A DNA stretch of 32,000 nucleotides from positions 23,497-55,496 of the forward strand of contig SUTF01000004.1 of assembly GCA_015063005.1 (NCBI GenBank), written 5' to 3'. The notes under the pieces are model-generated. The model searched no databases. It was not told the origin of the DNA and worked only from the letters and a program-made list of their open reading frames with translations. Source of the DNA: Methanobrevibacter millerae. Lineage in GTDB: Archaea > Methanobacteriota > Methanobacteria > Methanobacteriales > Methanobacteriaceae. This document shows positions 1 to 10,062 of the stretch, piece by piece. Each line of letters starts with the position of its first letter. Position 1 is the stretch's first letter. The position numbers were made by a program, and so were the translations under genes.

Positions 1-962
1 CACATATGTCCTTCGGAGCACTTTCACGAGAAGTAAAAATTGCTCTTTCTAAGGCAACAGCGAGATTAAAAACTGCTCAGGCCAGTGGTGAAGGAGGAAT
101 TTTAGCCGAAGAGAAAATAAATGCATACAAATACATTTTTGAGTATGTTCCAAACAAATATAGTGTCAATAACAACAATTTAAAATCTTCAGATGCAATA
201 GAAATTAAAATAGGACAGTCTACAAAACCCGGTCTTGGAGGTCAGCTTGAAGGTTCAAAGGTAACAAAGGAAATTGCCAAACTAAGAAACAAATCTGAAG
301 GTGAAGACATTCACTCGCCGGCAACAATACCTGAAGTTAACTCCAAGAATGATTTAAAAGATTTGGTTGAGGATTTACGTTTAAAATCTGATGGCAGGCC
401 TATCGGTTTAAAACTAGCTGCGGGCAGAATAGAAGATGATTTGGAATATGCAATATATTCTGGTGCAGATTTTGTAACGATAGATGGACGTGGAGGATCA
501 ACTGGTGCCAGTCCAAAAATCATTAGGGATGCAACTTCAGTTCCAACAATATATGCCCTTTCACGTGCTCGCAAATATTTGGATGAAAAGGACTCGGAGA
601 TGAGTCTAATCATTACAGGAGGATTAAGATTATCTTCTGATTTTGCAAAAGCACTGTCTATGGGTGCTGATGCAATTGCAATAGGAACAGCGGCATTGAT
701 GGCGGCAGCATGTCAACAATACAGAATCTGCCAAACAGGACAATGTCCTTTAGGTGTTGCTACACAGGATGAAAAATTACGAAAAAGACTGAAAATAGAT
801 ACTGCTGCAAAAAGAGTTGAAAACTATTTAAAAGTATCAACTGAAGAGTTAAAAACCTTTGCAAGAATAACAGGACATGATAATGTTCATGACTTAAATT
901 TATCAGATATTCGAACATTGAACTCCGAAATATCTGATTTTACAGACATTAAACATGTATGA
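1..962 (+). CDS. Glutamate synthase-related FMN-binding domain protein (GltB domain-2 type), 5'-truncated at window edge
   Basis: The frame is open back to nt 3. The translation shows MSFGALS, IDGRGGSTGASP, ITGGLR...KALSMGADAIAIGTA and the Cys cluster CQQYRICQTGQCPLGVATQD, all typical of the GltS FMN domain. Full-length homologues have many more N-terminal residues, so the ATG at 6 is probably internal. TGA stop at 960-962. Confidence 0.85.
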   Translation, partial: HMSFGALSREVKIALSKATARLKTAQASGEGGILAEEKINAYKYIFEYVPNKYSVNNNNLKSSDAIEIKIGQSTKPGLGGQLEGSKVTKEIAKLRNKSEGEDIHSPATIPEVNSKNDLKDLVEDLRLKSDGRPIGLKLAAGRIEDDLEYAIYSGADFVTIDGRGGSTGASPKIIRDATSVPTIYALSRARKYLDEKDSEMSLIITGGLRLSSDFAKALSMGADAIAIGTAALMAAACQQYRICQTGQCPLGVATQDEKLRKRLKIDTAAKRVENYLKVSTEELKTFARITGHDNVHDLNLSDIRTLNSEISDFTDIKHV

Positions 963-1009
963 TATGTAATGAAAAAATATGTCATTAATTATGCAAATAT
1001 AGATAACTA

Positions 1010-1435
1010 ATGAACGGATGTTACTGCTTAATCATTGAATTTAATGAAAACAAAAAGTTAAAGATTGGTTCCAGACTCAAAATTGATTTCAAAAAGGGTT
1101 GTTATGTGTACATTGGTTCTGCAATGAATAATCTAAAATCAAGAGTAAAAAGACATTTATCCAATGAAAAGAAGCTCCACTGGCATGTAGATTATCTGTT
1201 GAAACACAGCGAAATCACAGAAGTGATATATAACCTTGATAAAAAAGTGGAATGTGAGCTGTCAAAAGAAATGTCCAAAAACAATGAATACATTCAGGAT
1301 TTCGGCTGCAGTGATTGTGAATGTGAAAGTCACTTATATTATTTTAAAAATGAAAAAGAAGCTATTGAGGAAGTAATTAAAGCTTACAACTCAATAGATT
1401 GTGAATTTAGAATTGGTATTTCTGATTTTTCTTGA
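1010..1435 (+). CDS. DUF123 / Uri-type GIY-YIG-like endonuclease family protein
   Basis: 141 aa with ATG start. GCYVYIGSAMNNLKSRVKRHL..KKLHWHVDYL plus GCSDCECESHLYYF match, from memory, the archaeal DUF123 (GIY-YIG superfamily) signature. The 3' end overlaps the convergent ORF 1407-1895 by 29 nt. Confidence 0.72.
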   Translation: MNGCYCLIIEFNENKKLKIGSRLKIDFKKGCYVYIGSAMNNLKSRVKRHLSNEKKLHWHVDYLLKHSEITEVIYNLDKKVECELSKEMSKNNEYIQDFGCSDCECESHLYYFKNEKEAIEEVIKAYNSIDCEFRIGISDFS

Positions 1436-1895
1436 ACCTGTAGGAATACTCAAATGAATTCAATGCCATTTCACGCAAAGCATCTATATCACATGAAACC
1501 TTACCAGCCCATTCATTTTCCAATGATTCAATTTCAGACAATATTTCTAAACCTTTATCCGTTAAAACAACGTCATAAGGCAAATCGTCAACATCAAGAA
1601 TTTCGGCCAATCCCAAACGTTCCAGTTTCTTATATTTTTTAAGATATAATTTTAAATGCAATTCAAAATGATTGTCATCATTAATTTTAGCATATTGCCT
1701 TACCCTAACTTTTCTGTGATGGGGCTTTGAATGCTTAACTATATTCTTGATTAACTTTATCTGGCTTTCATGCAGATGGATAGACAAATTATCCCGGACA
1801 TAACAGCTTTTTGATTCTGATATTATATCCACCAATTTTGAAGCATCCTCCATCTGTGAAATTGCCTTAACATGTGGATGTGGCATGATAATCAC
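1407..1895 (-). CDS. Hypothetical protein, possible winged-helix DNA-binding protein; last gene of the helicase operon
   Basis: 162-aa ORF. The start is either GTG at 1895, overlapping the TGA of the upstream ATPase gene (GTGA), or ATG at 1886, 5 nt after that stop. The protein is His/Lys-rich. The segment LERLGLAEILDV..YDVVLTDKGLEIL weakly resembles a wHTH wing/recognition region. No family was recognised. Confidence 0.55.
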   Translation of the reverse strand: MIIMPHPHVKAISQMEDASKLVDIISESKSCYVRDNLSIHLHESQIKLIKNIVKHSKPHHRKVRVRQYAKINDDNHFELHLKLYLKKYKKLERLGLAEILDVDDLPYDVVLTDKGLEILSEIESLENEWAGKVSCDIDALREMALNSFEYSYRFKKNQKYQF

Positions 1896-3454
1896 TTCAT
1901 TTGACCGAATAGGCCTCTCATAATACCTTTAGTAACTTCACGAGCCATGGTATTTGCTGCAGTAGTTGCTGCTTTTTCAATAGCTTTTTGCTGAGCTGTC
2001 TTTTTAGTTTTTTTGCCTGATGGCTTACCGCCACCCAAAATACTTCCCAAATCAAATCCACCAACAGTCAATGGCTCTTGTTGAGTTTCAGGAGCCTGTT
2101 CTGCTTGAGGTTGTTCTTGTGGAGCTTCAGCTTGAGGTGGTGTAGTCGGCACTTCACTTTCCATATTTTGATTCTGATTAATCTTATTTGCAAGCATCTC
2201 ATAAGCTGACTCATTGTCAATAGCTTCAAGATATTTATCCTTGAATTCTGACAGATTAATCAATTCAGATCTTACATTATCATCAACCGGACCAATATAT
2301 GACTGTGGAGCTATAATATTAACCTTTTGAACAATTCCAGGAACTCCTTGATCATCCAGAACTGATACCAATGCTTCTCCAATGCCCAAATTGGAAATGA
2401 CATCTGCAGTATCAAAGTCAGGATTTGCTCTGAATGTTTCAGCCGCTACTTTTACTGCTTTTTGGTCTTTTGGAGTGTAAGCTCTTAGAGCATGCTGAAT
2501 CCTATTACCTAACTGTCCTAAAATTTCATCAGGAATATCTGCTGGAGACTGTGAAATAAAATACAATCCAACACCTTTTGAACGGATTAAACGAGTAATT
2601 TGCTCAATTTTTTTCAAGAACTCTGGTCCCATATCATCAAAAATCAAATGAGCTTCATCAAAGAAAAAGACGAATTTAGGTTTTTCTGCATCTCCCACTT
2701 CAGGTAACTGTTCATATAATGAGGACAACATCCAAAGTAAAAATGATGAATATATTTCTGGAGACAAGGATAATTTCTGAGCATCCAATATGTTAATTAC
2801 GCCGCATCCAGAATCATCTACCCTTATGAAGTCATTTAAATCCAAAGCAGGTTCACCAAAGAAGTCATTTCCTCCTTGGTCTTCTAATGTAATGAGGTTT
2901 CTTAAAATAGTATTTGCTGATTTAGCTGCAATGGAACCATATTTTGGTTCATAGACATCCTTATGCTCAACAACATAATTGATCATTGATTTCAAATCTT
3001 TTATATCAATGATTAGTAAAGATTCTTCATCTGCAACCCTAAATACAATGTTTAAAACTCCGCTTTGCGCTTCTGTAAGGTTTAAAATTTTGGATAATAA
3101 AACAGGACCCATTTCAGATAAGGTAACACGAACAGGCAATCCCTTTTCACCGAATAAATCCCAAAATTCAACAGGATATGATTTGAGTTTAAAAGAATCT
3201 ATTCCTTCTACCCTTTTAGCAACATTATCGTTCATTTCACCAACTTTTGAAAGCCCTGAAATATCTCCTTTCATATCTGCTAGAAATACTGGTACTCCCA
3301 TATCACTGAAGGATTCTGCAAGTGTTTTGAGTGTTATTGTCTTACCGGTTCCCGTTGCTCCTGCAATTAAACCATGCCTATTTGCCATCTTTGGTAGTAA
3401 GTAAACATCACCACCAATTAAAATTTTATCTTCCACAAACATTTTTCTAACCAT
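1892..3454 (-). CDS. HerA-like P-loop ATPase, DUF853 / YjgR-type
   Basis: 520 aa. The N-terminus LLPKMANRHGLIAGATGTGKT carries a Walker A motif, checked at nt 3338-3361. FVFFFDEAHLIF is a Walker B-like motif, and LIRSKGVGLYFISQSP is also present. The layout matches the E. coli YjgR/DUF853 family as I remember it. The ATG at 3454 overlaps the helicase stop by 8 nt; an alternative ATG lies at 3442. The C-terminal tail is low-complexity, PQAE-rich then Lys-rich. Confidence 0.83.
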   Translation of the reverse strand: MVRKMFVEDKILIGGDVYLLPKMANRHGLIAGATGTGKTITLKTLAESFSDMGVPVFLADMKGDISGLSKVGEMNDNVAKRVEGIDSFKLKSYPVEFWDLFGEKGLPVRVTLSEMGPVLLSKILNLTEAQSGVLNIVFRVADEESLLIIDIKDLKSMINYVVEHKDVYEPKYGSIAAKSANTILRNLITLEDQGGNDFFGEPALDLNDFIRVDDSGCGVINILDAQKLSLSPEIYSSFLLWMLSSLYEQLPEVGDAEKPKFVFFFDEAHLIFDDMGPEFLKKIEQITRLIRSKGVGLYFISQSPADIPDEILGQLGNRIQHALRAYTPKDQKAVKVAAETFRANPDFDTADVISNLGIGEALVSVLDDQGVPGIVQKVNIIAPQSYIGPVDDNVRSELINLSEFKDKYLEAIDNESAYEMLANKINQNQNMESEVPTTPPQAEAPQEQPQAEQAPETQQEPLTVGGFDLGSILGGGKPSGKKTKKTAQQKAIEKAATTAANTMAREVTKGIMRGLFGQMK

Positions 3455-6029
3455 TTTCTATTTTTTTAATTAAATAAGAAGTTTTACGTTCGATGCTTCT
3501 ACGATTAAAAGCTTTTGCTATTCTTTTAATTGCATCCAAATTTTTAACGAAATTATCAAGCCATGAGAATATATCTCCTGGATAGACCTGAATCTGATAT
3601 TTTCTGAATAACTTATTTGATATGTCAACAGGATCCTTGCCTTTTAGACGCTCATGGATAATGACTTCAGATATTCCCAACTGCAGACATCTGCAAAATG
3701 GCCTATCCTGACAATTGCATTTTAAAAAGTCACTTTGAAGACGAATTAATGCATCCTGGAATTTAGAATCCAATTTATCCAAAGCCTCACCCGAGGAAAT
3801 GATATCCAAAGTGGATTCTGCAAACAATCGGGTTGAGAATTTTACCTTAAGTGCATTTGATATCTGATTGTGAATGACTGGAGATAAATAAGCATTTTCA
3901 AATAATTCCAAATCCAATGCCATTGCAATTATTTTTACCATCAATTTATCATATTCTTCTCTTTTTTTATACATTGGAGATAATCTAACATAGTTTATCA
4001 GATAATCCCAGTCATCCAGTGCAGTTCTAATAAATTCAGCATCATCCAAACTTAAAAAGGATACTGAAGTTGCCCTACCATATTTAGTTATTTTAAAATC
4101 ATCACTTATTAAACCTAAGTCTTTCATCTCACGAACAGCTATATCGAGACTAATCGGAACATCAATGTCTTCATAAAATTTGTTCAATTCATCCATATTC
4201 CTTATGGATGTTGATGAAATGTCGGCTAAAATCTGTTCATAAGAGCTTTCCTCATCATACTCAATATAAACATCTTCACTATTGCTTTCAAGCAATTCCA
4301 AAGCTTTTGCTTCTTCAGATTCGCCCTGGAATTCATTATTAATTTCTGGAAGAAGATAAACAATACCCCTATCATGATAACTTGGCCTTCCGGCACGTCC
4401 AAGCATCTGTGAAAACTCATTAGGATTAATCCATTTATTTCCCATTACTAATGAATCGAATATTACCTGTGAAGCCGGAAAATCAACACCTGCAGCTAAA
4501 GCAGCAGTCGTTACGACAACAGACAATCTTGCTCGGTCAAAGTCCTTTTCAATCTTTTCTTTTTTATAATATGACAGCCCTGCATGATATGCTGCTGCAT
4601 TAATATGCTTTTCCTGCAGAAAGTTTGCAATTTTATGGGTCTTGCGCCTTGAGTTGGTAAATATTATTGTCTGACCGCGATATCCTTTTTTGGACTTGGT
4701 ATTGAATTCCTTTTTAGCCAATTTAGCCATCAAATGACGTTTGGATGATTCATTTCTCATATAAACAAGATGTCTTTCCAAGGGCACAGGACGGTCAGGA
4801 TATTCAACCAATTTCATATTAAATTCATTTGCTAAAAATTGAGGATTCTTGACAGTAGCAGACAATCCTATAATCTGGGTTTTAGGATATAGGTTTTTAA
4901 TTCTTTTAATTAGACCATTCAAACGGGTTCCACGGTCTTCATCATCAATCATGTGAATCTCATCAATCAGCACCACACCAAGATTGCTTAATGCATTTGA
5001 ATTTCCATTCCTTAAAAGAAAATCAATTCCCTCATAGGTTGCAACAACAATGTCTGCATGAGATACATCACTATCAGGCAATTTAAGCTCACCTTTAGCC
5101 TTGACACGATTTCGACCAACCTTAATGGCTACATTCAAACCCAATTTTTTATATTTCCTTTTAAAATCACGATATTTCTGATTAGCAAGAGCAACTAAAG
5201 GAGTTAGAAAAATAAACTTTTTACCTTTCAATGCCTGAGAAATCCCAGCAAGTTCTCCAATCAAAGTTTTACCACTTCCAGTTGCACTTACAACAAGCAA
5301 ATCCTCTCCCTTAAGCAATCCTTCATGAATAGCCAAATACTGAACAGGCAATAACTTATCATTACCGTTCTTGATTAAAATATCCCTAAAATCATGATTG
5401 ATTTTTAGGCGCTTCATTTCAGCGGAAGGAATCTTAAGTCTTGATTTTGTGGAAGTCCTGTCAAACAATGTCAAATTCCTATTTTTCATCGGATTGAAAT
5501 GAGGATCTAGAACTGACAATGTTTTTTCCAAGTCATCCGTTTTTTCAAGAGTGGATTTTAAGTTTCTGAAAATCTTTTTATCAAATCCCTGAAGCTTGAT
5601 TTCATTTTTAATAGTATCCAATGCACAATTCTTACATAACAACTGGTTTTGATATTTGTATGAAAAATCAGAGTTTACAATAGTTATCATTCCATCATAT
5701 GCGCAATAGTCACATACCCTGGTGTGCCTGACCTTAACGTTTAGAGACTTCAGAAAATTCTCGACCTTTTCGTCACGGGTCGCTAAAAAAACAGCCTGAG
5801 AGCGAAGAAGCTTGTTTACCTCGCCTGGCGGAACTAGTTTTTCATTTAAAGTGGAATTTTCCTTAAAGTTATAATCTGCAATAAATCTGGAAATAGCTAA
5901 AGAATCACCATTATGAGTAAATTTAATATTTCCAACATATTCCGGTTCCCTTTTATGATTTAGTGCGCCTTTTGGAGAACCAATAGGATATAGTCTCCAC
6001 TGTTTTTTAATCTTTTTTAAAACTAGCAT
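3447..6029 (-). CDS. Superfamily-2 (Ski2/DEAH-like) helicase with N-terminal zinc finger and C-terminal Cys-rich domain
   Basis: 860 aa. Motif I is SATGSGKT, motif II is DEIH (checked at nt 4953-4964), motif III is SAT and motif VI is QMLGRAGRP. The N-terminal region has CDYC..(20 aa)..CKNC. The C-terminal region has CNCQDRPFCRC. From memory this resembles helicases annotated as DUF5814-containing in methanogens; that needs an HMM check. Confidence 0.85.
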   Translation of the reverse strand: MLVLKKIKKQWRLYPIGSPKGALNHKREPEYVGNIKFTHNGDSLAISRFIADYNFKENSTLNEKLVPPGEVNKLLRSQAVFLATRDEKVENFLKSLNVKVRHTRVCDYCAYDGMITIVNSDFSYKYQNQLLCKNCALDTIKNEIKLQGFDKKIFRNLKSTLEKTDDLEKTLSVLDPHFNPMKNRNLTLFDRTSTKSRLKIPSAEMKRLKINHDFRDILIKNGNDKLLPVQYLAIHEGLLKGEDLLVVSATGSGKTLIGELAGISQALKGKKFIFLTPLVALANQKYRDFKRKYKKLGLNVAIKVGRNRVKAKGELKLPDSDVSHADIVVATYEGIDFLLRNGNSNALSNLGVVLIDEIHMIDDEDRGTRLNGLIKRIKNLYPKTQIIGLSATVKNPQFLANEFNMKLVEYPDRPVPLERHLVYMRNESSKRHLMAKLAKKEFNTKSKKGYRGQTIIFTNSRRKTHKIANFLQEKHINAAAYHAGLSYYKKEKIEKDFDRARLSVVVTTAALAAGVDFPASQVIFDSLVMGNKWINPNEFSQMLGRAGRPSYHDRGIVYLLPEINNEFQGESEEAKALELLESNSEDVYIEYDEESSYEQILADISSTSIRNMDELNKFYEDIDVPISLDIAVREMKDLGLISDDFKITKYGRATSVSFLSLDDAEFIRTALDDWDYLINYVRLSPMYKKREEYDKLMVKIIAMALDLELFENAYLSPVIHNQISNALKVKFSTRLFAESTLDIISSGEALDKLDSKFQDALIRLQSDFLKCNCQDRPFCRCLQLGISEVIIHERLKGKDPVDISNKLFRKYQIQVYPGDIFSWLDNFVKNLDAIKRIAKAFNRRSIERKTSYLIKKIENG

Positions 6030-6089
6030 TGTATTTTATTATATCATTAATTGTTAATAAATTTTAAAAAAAAAAGAAGTATAATTTGA

Positions 6090-6959
6090 TTAATCAATAT
6101 AATCAAATCTAGTTTCCATAATTACAATAATTACAAAAGCAATCACTGCAACGATAATGCATGGCAATAAACCTGAAAAGTTCATGCTCACAGAATTTGA
6201 TATTTCAACTAATGGAACTCTAAGTGATCCAAGCATTACACCAATAAGAAATGCCATAGTTATCTCTTCATGGTGTTTAAGCAAGTAATTTAATATTTTT
6301 GAAAATCCAAGTATACCAATTACTGCACCAATAACAAAGACAATTATTTCTGTGAAATGAAGCTCATGAAGTGCATTCAACATGTATTCATATTGTCCAA
6401 GTAATAATAGTAAAAATGAACCAGAAATACCTGGCAGAATCATAGCACATATTGCAATCATTCCAGAAAGGAATAAGACAATTAAAGAGTGATTAGCAGC
6501 TATTGGATTTAAACTGACAAAAATGTAAGTTAGTACACAACCGATTGCTGCAAATAAAACAGTCTTAATATTGATTTGATTAAGTTTTTTAAACAATACC
6601 ACTGCTGAAGCAATAATCAAACCTAAGAAGAATGAATATGTTAATGCAGTATGTACATCCATACAATAGGTAACTACTTTAGCTAAAGTTAGAAAAGCTA
6701 CACCAATACCTAAAATCAATGGAATGAAAAATTTAAAATCAATTTCCTCTAAAAACTGATTCCAAAATCCTTTCAAGTCTCCTTTAAACAAAGGCTTTAA
6801 AAAACCGAATTTAATATTACTGATTGCCTCTATCAAATGGGTATAAATTCCAGTAATCAATGCCATTGTTCCTCCGGAAACACCTGGAACAATATCAGCA
6901 GCACCCATTAATAATCCACGAATAAAAATTAAAAATGCTTCTTTAATGTTAAAATTCAC
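6090..6959 (-). CDS. DUF368 family integral membrane protein
   Basis: The GAADIVPGVSGGTMALITGIY motif recurs later as MILPGISGSFLLLLLGQY, and the protein is hydrophobic throughout. The track ORF begins at a TTG at 7049. I prefer the in-frame GTG at 6959 because GAGGAGAT lies 4-5 nt upstream (plus-strand ttatctcctc at 6961-6970). An A-run after the stop gives an oligo-T terminator on the minus strand. Confidence 0.8.
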   Translation of the reverse strand: MNFNIKEAFLIFIRGLLMGAADIVPGVSGGTMALITGIYTHLIEAISNIKFGFLKPLFKGDLKGFWNQFLEEIDFKFFIPLILGIGVAFLTLAKVVTYCMDVHTALTYSFFLGLIIASAVVLFKKLNQINIKTVLFAAIGCVLTYIFVSLNPIAANHSLIVLFLSGMIAICAMILPGISGSFLLLLLGQYEYMLNALHELHFTEIIVFVIGAVIGILGFSKILNYLLKHHEEITMAFLIGVMLGSLRVPLVEISNSVSMNFSGLLPCIIVAVIAFVIIVIMETRFDYID

Positions 6960-7089
6960 ATTATCTCCTCTATTTAAAATATATAATATCTTTATAATAA
7001 CTGTTTTGATTGAAAAACTTTTGGTAAAGAAAAAGTAACTTATTTTCAATTAAATGATATTTGGTAAAAAAAAATAAATGTTGAAAATA

Positions 7090-9978
7090 TTATTTTCCCA
7101 TATCTTCAACTAATTCCTTAGCATATGGAGTAATATTTTCATTCAGCATTTTTTCTAAGAACTGGCCAGTGTATGTTCCGGCCTCTGCAATCTCTTCAGG
7201 AGTTCCGGTAGCTATTACTTCACCACCACCATCTCCACCTTCAGGACCTAAATCAATAATATGGTCTGCCGTTTTGATAACATCTAGATTGTGCTCAATT
7301 ACAACAACAGAATTGCCTGAATCAGTTAATCTTGCAAGCACTTCAAGTAATCTTCTTATATCTGCAAAGTGAAGACCGGTTGTTGGTTCATCAAGAATAT
7401 ATAATGTCTTACCAGTACTGGTTCTTGACAATTCCTTAGCTAACTTAATTCTTTGAGCTTCACCACCAGATAATGTTGTAGCAGGCTGGCCAATTTTCAT
7501 ATAGCCTAATCCGACATCATATAATGTTTGGAGTTTTTTGGTGATTTTTGGAATATTTTCAAAGAATTCCAAAGCTTCCTCAACTGTCATTTCCAATACT
7601 TCATAAATATTTTTACCTTTATATCTGATGTCTAAAGTCTCTTCATTGTATCTTTTACCGCCACAGACCTCACAAGGAACATAAACATCCGCCAAGAAGT
7701 GCATTTCGATTTGAACTATACCGTCACCGGAACATGCTTCGCATCTTCCACCCTTAACGTTGAATGAGAATCTTCCCGGTTTATATCCTCTTGCTTTAGA
7801 TTCAGGAGTATTTGCAAACAAATCACGGATATCAGTGAATACACCAGTATATGTTGCAGGATTTGAACGTGGAGTCCTTCCAATAGGTTTTTGATCTATT
7901 GCAATGACCTTATCAATATGCTCCAATCCCTTAATTTCCTTATATTTTCCAGCGAAAGTGAACTTTCTTGACAGTTTACCTTGAGCACCCTTGTATAAAA
8001 TCTCATTGATTAAACTGCTTTTACCAGAACCACTGACTCCAGTTACACAAGTAAACTTACCTAAAGGAATATCCACCTCAACATCCTTAAGATTGTTTTG
8101 GGCAGCACCAGTGATTGTAATGAACTTACCATTTCCAGGTCTTCTTTCCTTTGGAATATCAATCTTTTTAGCCCTTGAAATATATTGGCCAGTAAGAGAG
8201 TCCTTATTGTTCATTATATCAATCGGAGTTCCCTGAGCAACAACCTTACCACCATGCTCACCGGCACCCGGACCTATATCAACGACATAATCTGCAGACA
8301 ATATCGTTTCCTCATCGTGTTCGACAACAACTAATGTGTTTCCCAAATCTTTAAGCCTTTTTAATGCCTCGATAAGCTTTATATTATCCCTTTGGTGCAA
8401 TCCAATACTTGGCTCATCCAAAATATACAATACACCAACAAGACCTGAACCTATTTGGGTTGCCAGTCTGATACGTTGAGCTTCACCACCGGACAATGTA
8501 CCTGATGACCTTGACATGGACAGATAATCAAGTCCTACTTCAACTAAAAAACTTAAACGTTCTTTGATTTCCTTTAAAACTTCTTTTGCAATGAAATTTT
8601 CTCTTTCAGTCAATTCCAAATCCTGGAAGAATTGATAGGAATCCTTAATTGAAAGGTCACAAACATCAATGATTGATTTTCCGCCAATTGTAACAGCCAA
8701 TATTTCCGGCCTGAGCCTTTTACCGTCACAGACATGACATTTTCTGTCACTCATAAATTTAGAAAGATACTTTCTTGAATAATTTGATTTGGTTTCAAGG
8801 TATAACCTTTCCATTCTTGGAATAACTCCTTCAAACTTACGATTGACCATATAAGACTTGTTTCTTCTCTTGAATGTAAATGCAATCTTATCCTTGCATC
8901 CATATAATATATTGTCCTGATGTTCCTGAGGCAATTCATTGAACGGCACATCCATACTGAAATTAAAATGATCTGCAACCGCCTGAAGCATCTGATAATA
9001 GTAATTCTCCCTTTTGGTTGATTTTGCCCATGGCACAATTGCTCCTTCATTCAAGGATAAATTCTTGTCAGGGACAATCAAATCAGGATCTATTTCCATT
9101 TTAGAACCTATACCGTTACATTCAGGACATGCCCCTTGCGGAGCATTGAAAGAAAACATACGAGGAGTCAATTCCTCAAAGTTTATTCCACAGTCAACAC
9201 ATGCGAAGTGCTCTGAGTATTTTTTCTCATATTCCTCATCACCATTATCGAATAAAACAGTAATCAAACCTTCGGAAAATTCCGCTGCAGTTTCAAGTGA
9301 GTCCACCAATCTTCTTTTAAAGTCAACGTCATGCCTTATCTTAAGCCTGTCAACTACAACATCAATGCTGTGCCTATAGGTTTTTGCAAGGTCAATGTCC
9401 TCTTCCAATTCACGAACTTCACCGTCAACCCTTACACGGACGAAACCCTTGTTTCTCAAGTCATCTAAAACATCCTTATGCTGACCTTTTCTGTCACGGA
9501 CAATAGGAGACAAAATTTGGACTTTAATTCCTTCTCCCTCTTCAATGATGCTGTCACCAATTTGGCCAATGGTTTGATGAGATACTTCATTTCCACAATT
9601 CGGACAATGAGGAGTACCAATTCTTGCATATAATAATCTTAAATAATCATAAATTTCTGTAATAGTACCTACAGTAGATCTCGGGTTTTCTCTGGTAGTC
9701 TTTTGGTCGATGGAAATAGCTGGAGACAATCCTTCTATGGATTCCATTTCTGGCTTTTTCATTTGACCAAGAAACTGTCTTGCATAAGCGGACAATGACT
9801 CAACATATCTACGCTGTCCTTCAGCATAAATTGTATCAAAAGCTAATGAAGACTTTCCAGAACCACTTAATCCAGTAATTACTATGAATTCATCACGAGG
9901 AACACTAACATCAATATTTTGCAGATTATGTTCTCTAGCTCCTTTGATGATAATTTGTTTTTTAGAGTCTTCTGTCAT
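7090..9978 (-). CDS. uvrA: Excinuclease ABC subunit A
   Basis: 962 aa. Two ABC ATPase modules are present ([12 protein letters not shown] and [11 protein letters not shown] Walker A; two LSGGEAQR signatures; ILDEPS/ILDEPT Walker B). Zinc-finger Cys pairs are CPNCG, CVDCG, CPECNG and CEAC..CEVCGG. AGGAGAT RBS lies 6 nt before the ATG. Confidence 0.97.
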   Translation of the reverse strand: MTEDSKKQIIIKGAREHNLQNIDVSVPRDEFIVITGLSGSGKSSLAFDTIYAEGQRRYVESLSAYARQFLGQMKKPEMESIEGLSPAISIDQKTTRENPRSTVGTITEIYDYLRLLYARIGTPHCPNCGNEVSHQTIGQIGDSIIEEGEGIKVQILSPIVRDRKGQHKDVLDDLRNKGFVRVRVDGEVRELEEDIDLAKTYRHSIDVVVDRLKIRHDVDFKRRLVDSLETAAEFSEGLITVLFDNGDEEYEKKYSEHFACVDCGINFEELTPRMFSFNAPQGACPECNGIGSKMEIDPDLIVPDKNLSLNEGAIVPWAKSTKRENYYYQMLQAVADHFNFSMDVPFNELPQEHQDNILYGCKDKIAFTFKRRNKSYMVNRKFEGVIPRMERLYLETKSNYSRKYLSKFMSDRKCHVCDGKRLRPEILAVTIGGKSIIDVCDLSIKDSYQFFQDLELTERENFIAKEVLKEIKERLSFLVEVGLDYLSMSRSSGTLSGGEAQRIRLATQIGSGLVGVLYILDEPSIGLHQRDNIKLIEALKRLKDLGNTLVVVEHDEETILSADYVVDIGPGAGEHGGKVVAQGTPIDIMNNKDSLTGQYISRAKKIDIPKERRPGNGKFITITGAAQNNLKDVEVDIPLGKFTCVTGVSGSGKSSLINEILYKGAQGKLSRKFTFAGKYKEIKGLEHIDKVIAIDQKPIGRTPRSNPATYTGVFTDIRDLFANTPESKARGYKPGRFSFNVKGGRCEACSGDGIVQIEMHFLADVYVPCEVCGGKRYNEETLDIRYKGKNIYEVLEMTVEEALEFFENIPKITKKLQTLYDVGLGYMKIGQPATTLSGGEAQRIKLAKELSRTSTGKTLYILDEPTTGLHFADIRRLLEVLARLTDSGNSVVVIEHNLDVIKTADHIIDLGPEGGDGGGEVIATGTPEEIAEAGTYTGQFLEKMLNENITPYAKELVEDMGK

Positions 9979-10023
9979 AATAATCTCCTAAAAATATATT
10001 AATATAATATTATTGTTCTATAA

Positions 10024-10031
10024 TATATAAA
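10024..10031 (-). promoter_or_regulatory. Candidate TATA box for uvrA
   Basis: The minus strand reads TTTATATA, 46 nt upstream of the uvrA ATG. That leaves room for a ~20-nt leader carrying the AGGAGAT RBS. The background is AT-rich, so chance occurrence is plausible. Confidence 0.35.
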
Positions 10032-10062
10032 CTATTAGAGAGCATTTGAAAAGAAATATTTT

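Noticed and set aside
311-613. 100-aa minus-strand ORF inside the glutamate synthase domain gene
   Set aside because: It lies fully antisense to a CDS with strong family motifs. It has no RBS and no recognisable motif, and is a typical shadow ORF.
1454-1642. 62-aa plus-strand ORF
   Set aside because: It is antisense within the 162-aa operon gene, with odd His/Pro/Gln-rich composition and no start signals.
2979-3404. 141-aa plus-strand ORF antisense to the HerA-like ATPase
   Set aside because: It overlaps the Walker A region of a well-supported CDS. It is Ser/Phe/Ile-rich, as expected for the reverse frame of AT-rich coding sequence.
6960-7049. N-terminal 30-aa extension of the DUF368 ORF (track start 7049)
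   Set aside because: The codon at 7049 is TTG and has no RBS. The extension (MKISYFFFTKSFSIK...) looks like translated AT-rich promoter sequence. GTG at 6959 has a GAGGAGAT RBS.
9014-9379. 121-aa plus-strand ORF, with other short ORFs, inside uvrA and uvrB
   Set aside because: These are all embedded antisense or out of frame in uvrA/uvrB, which are unambiguous. None has independent signals.
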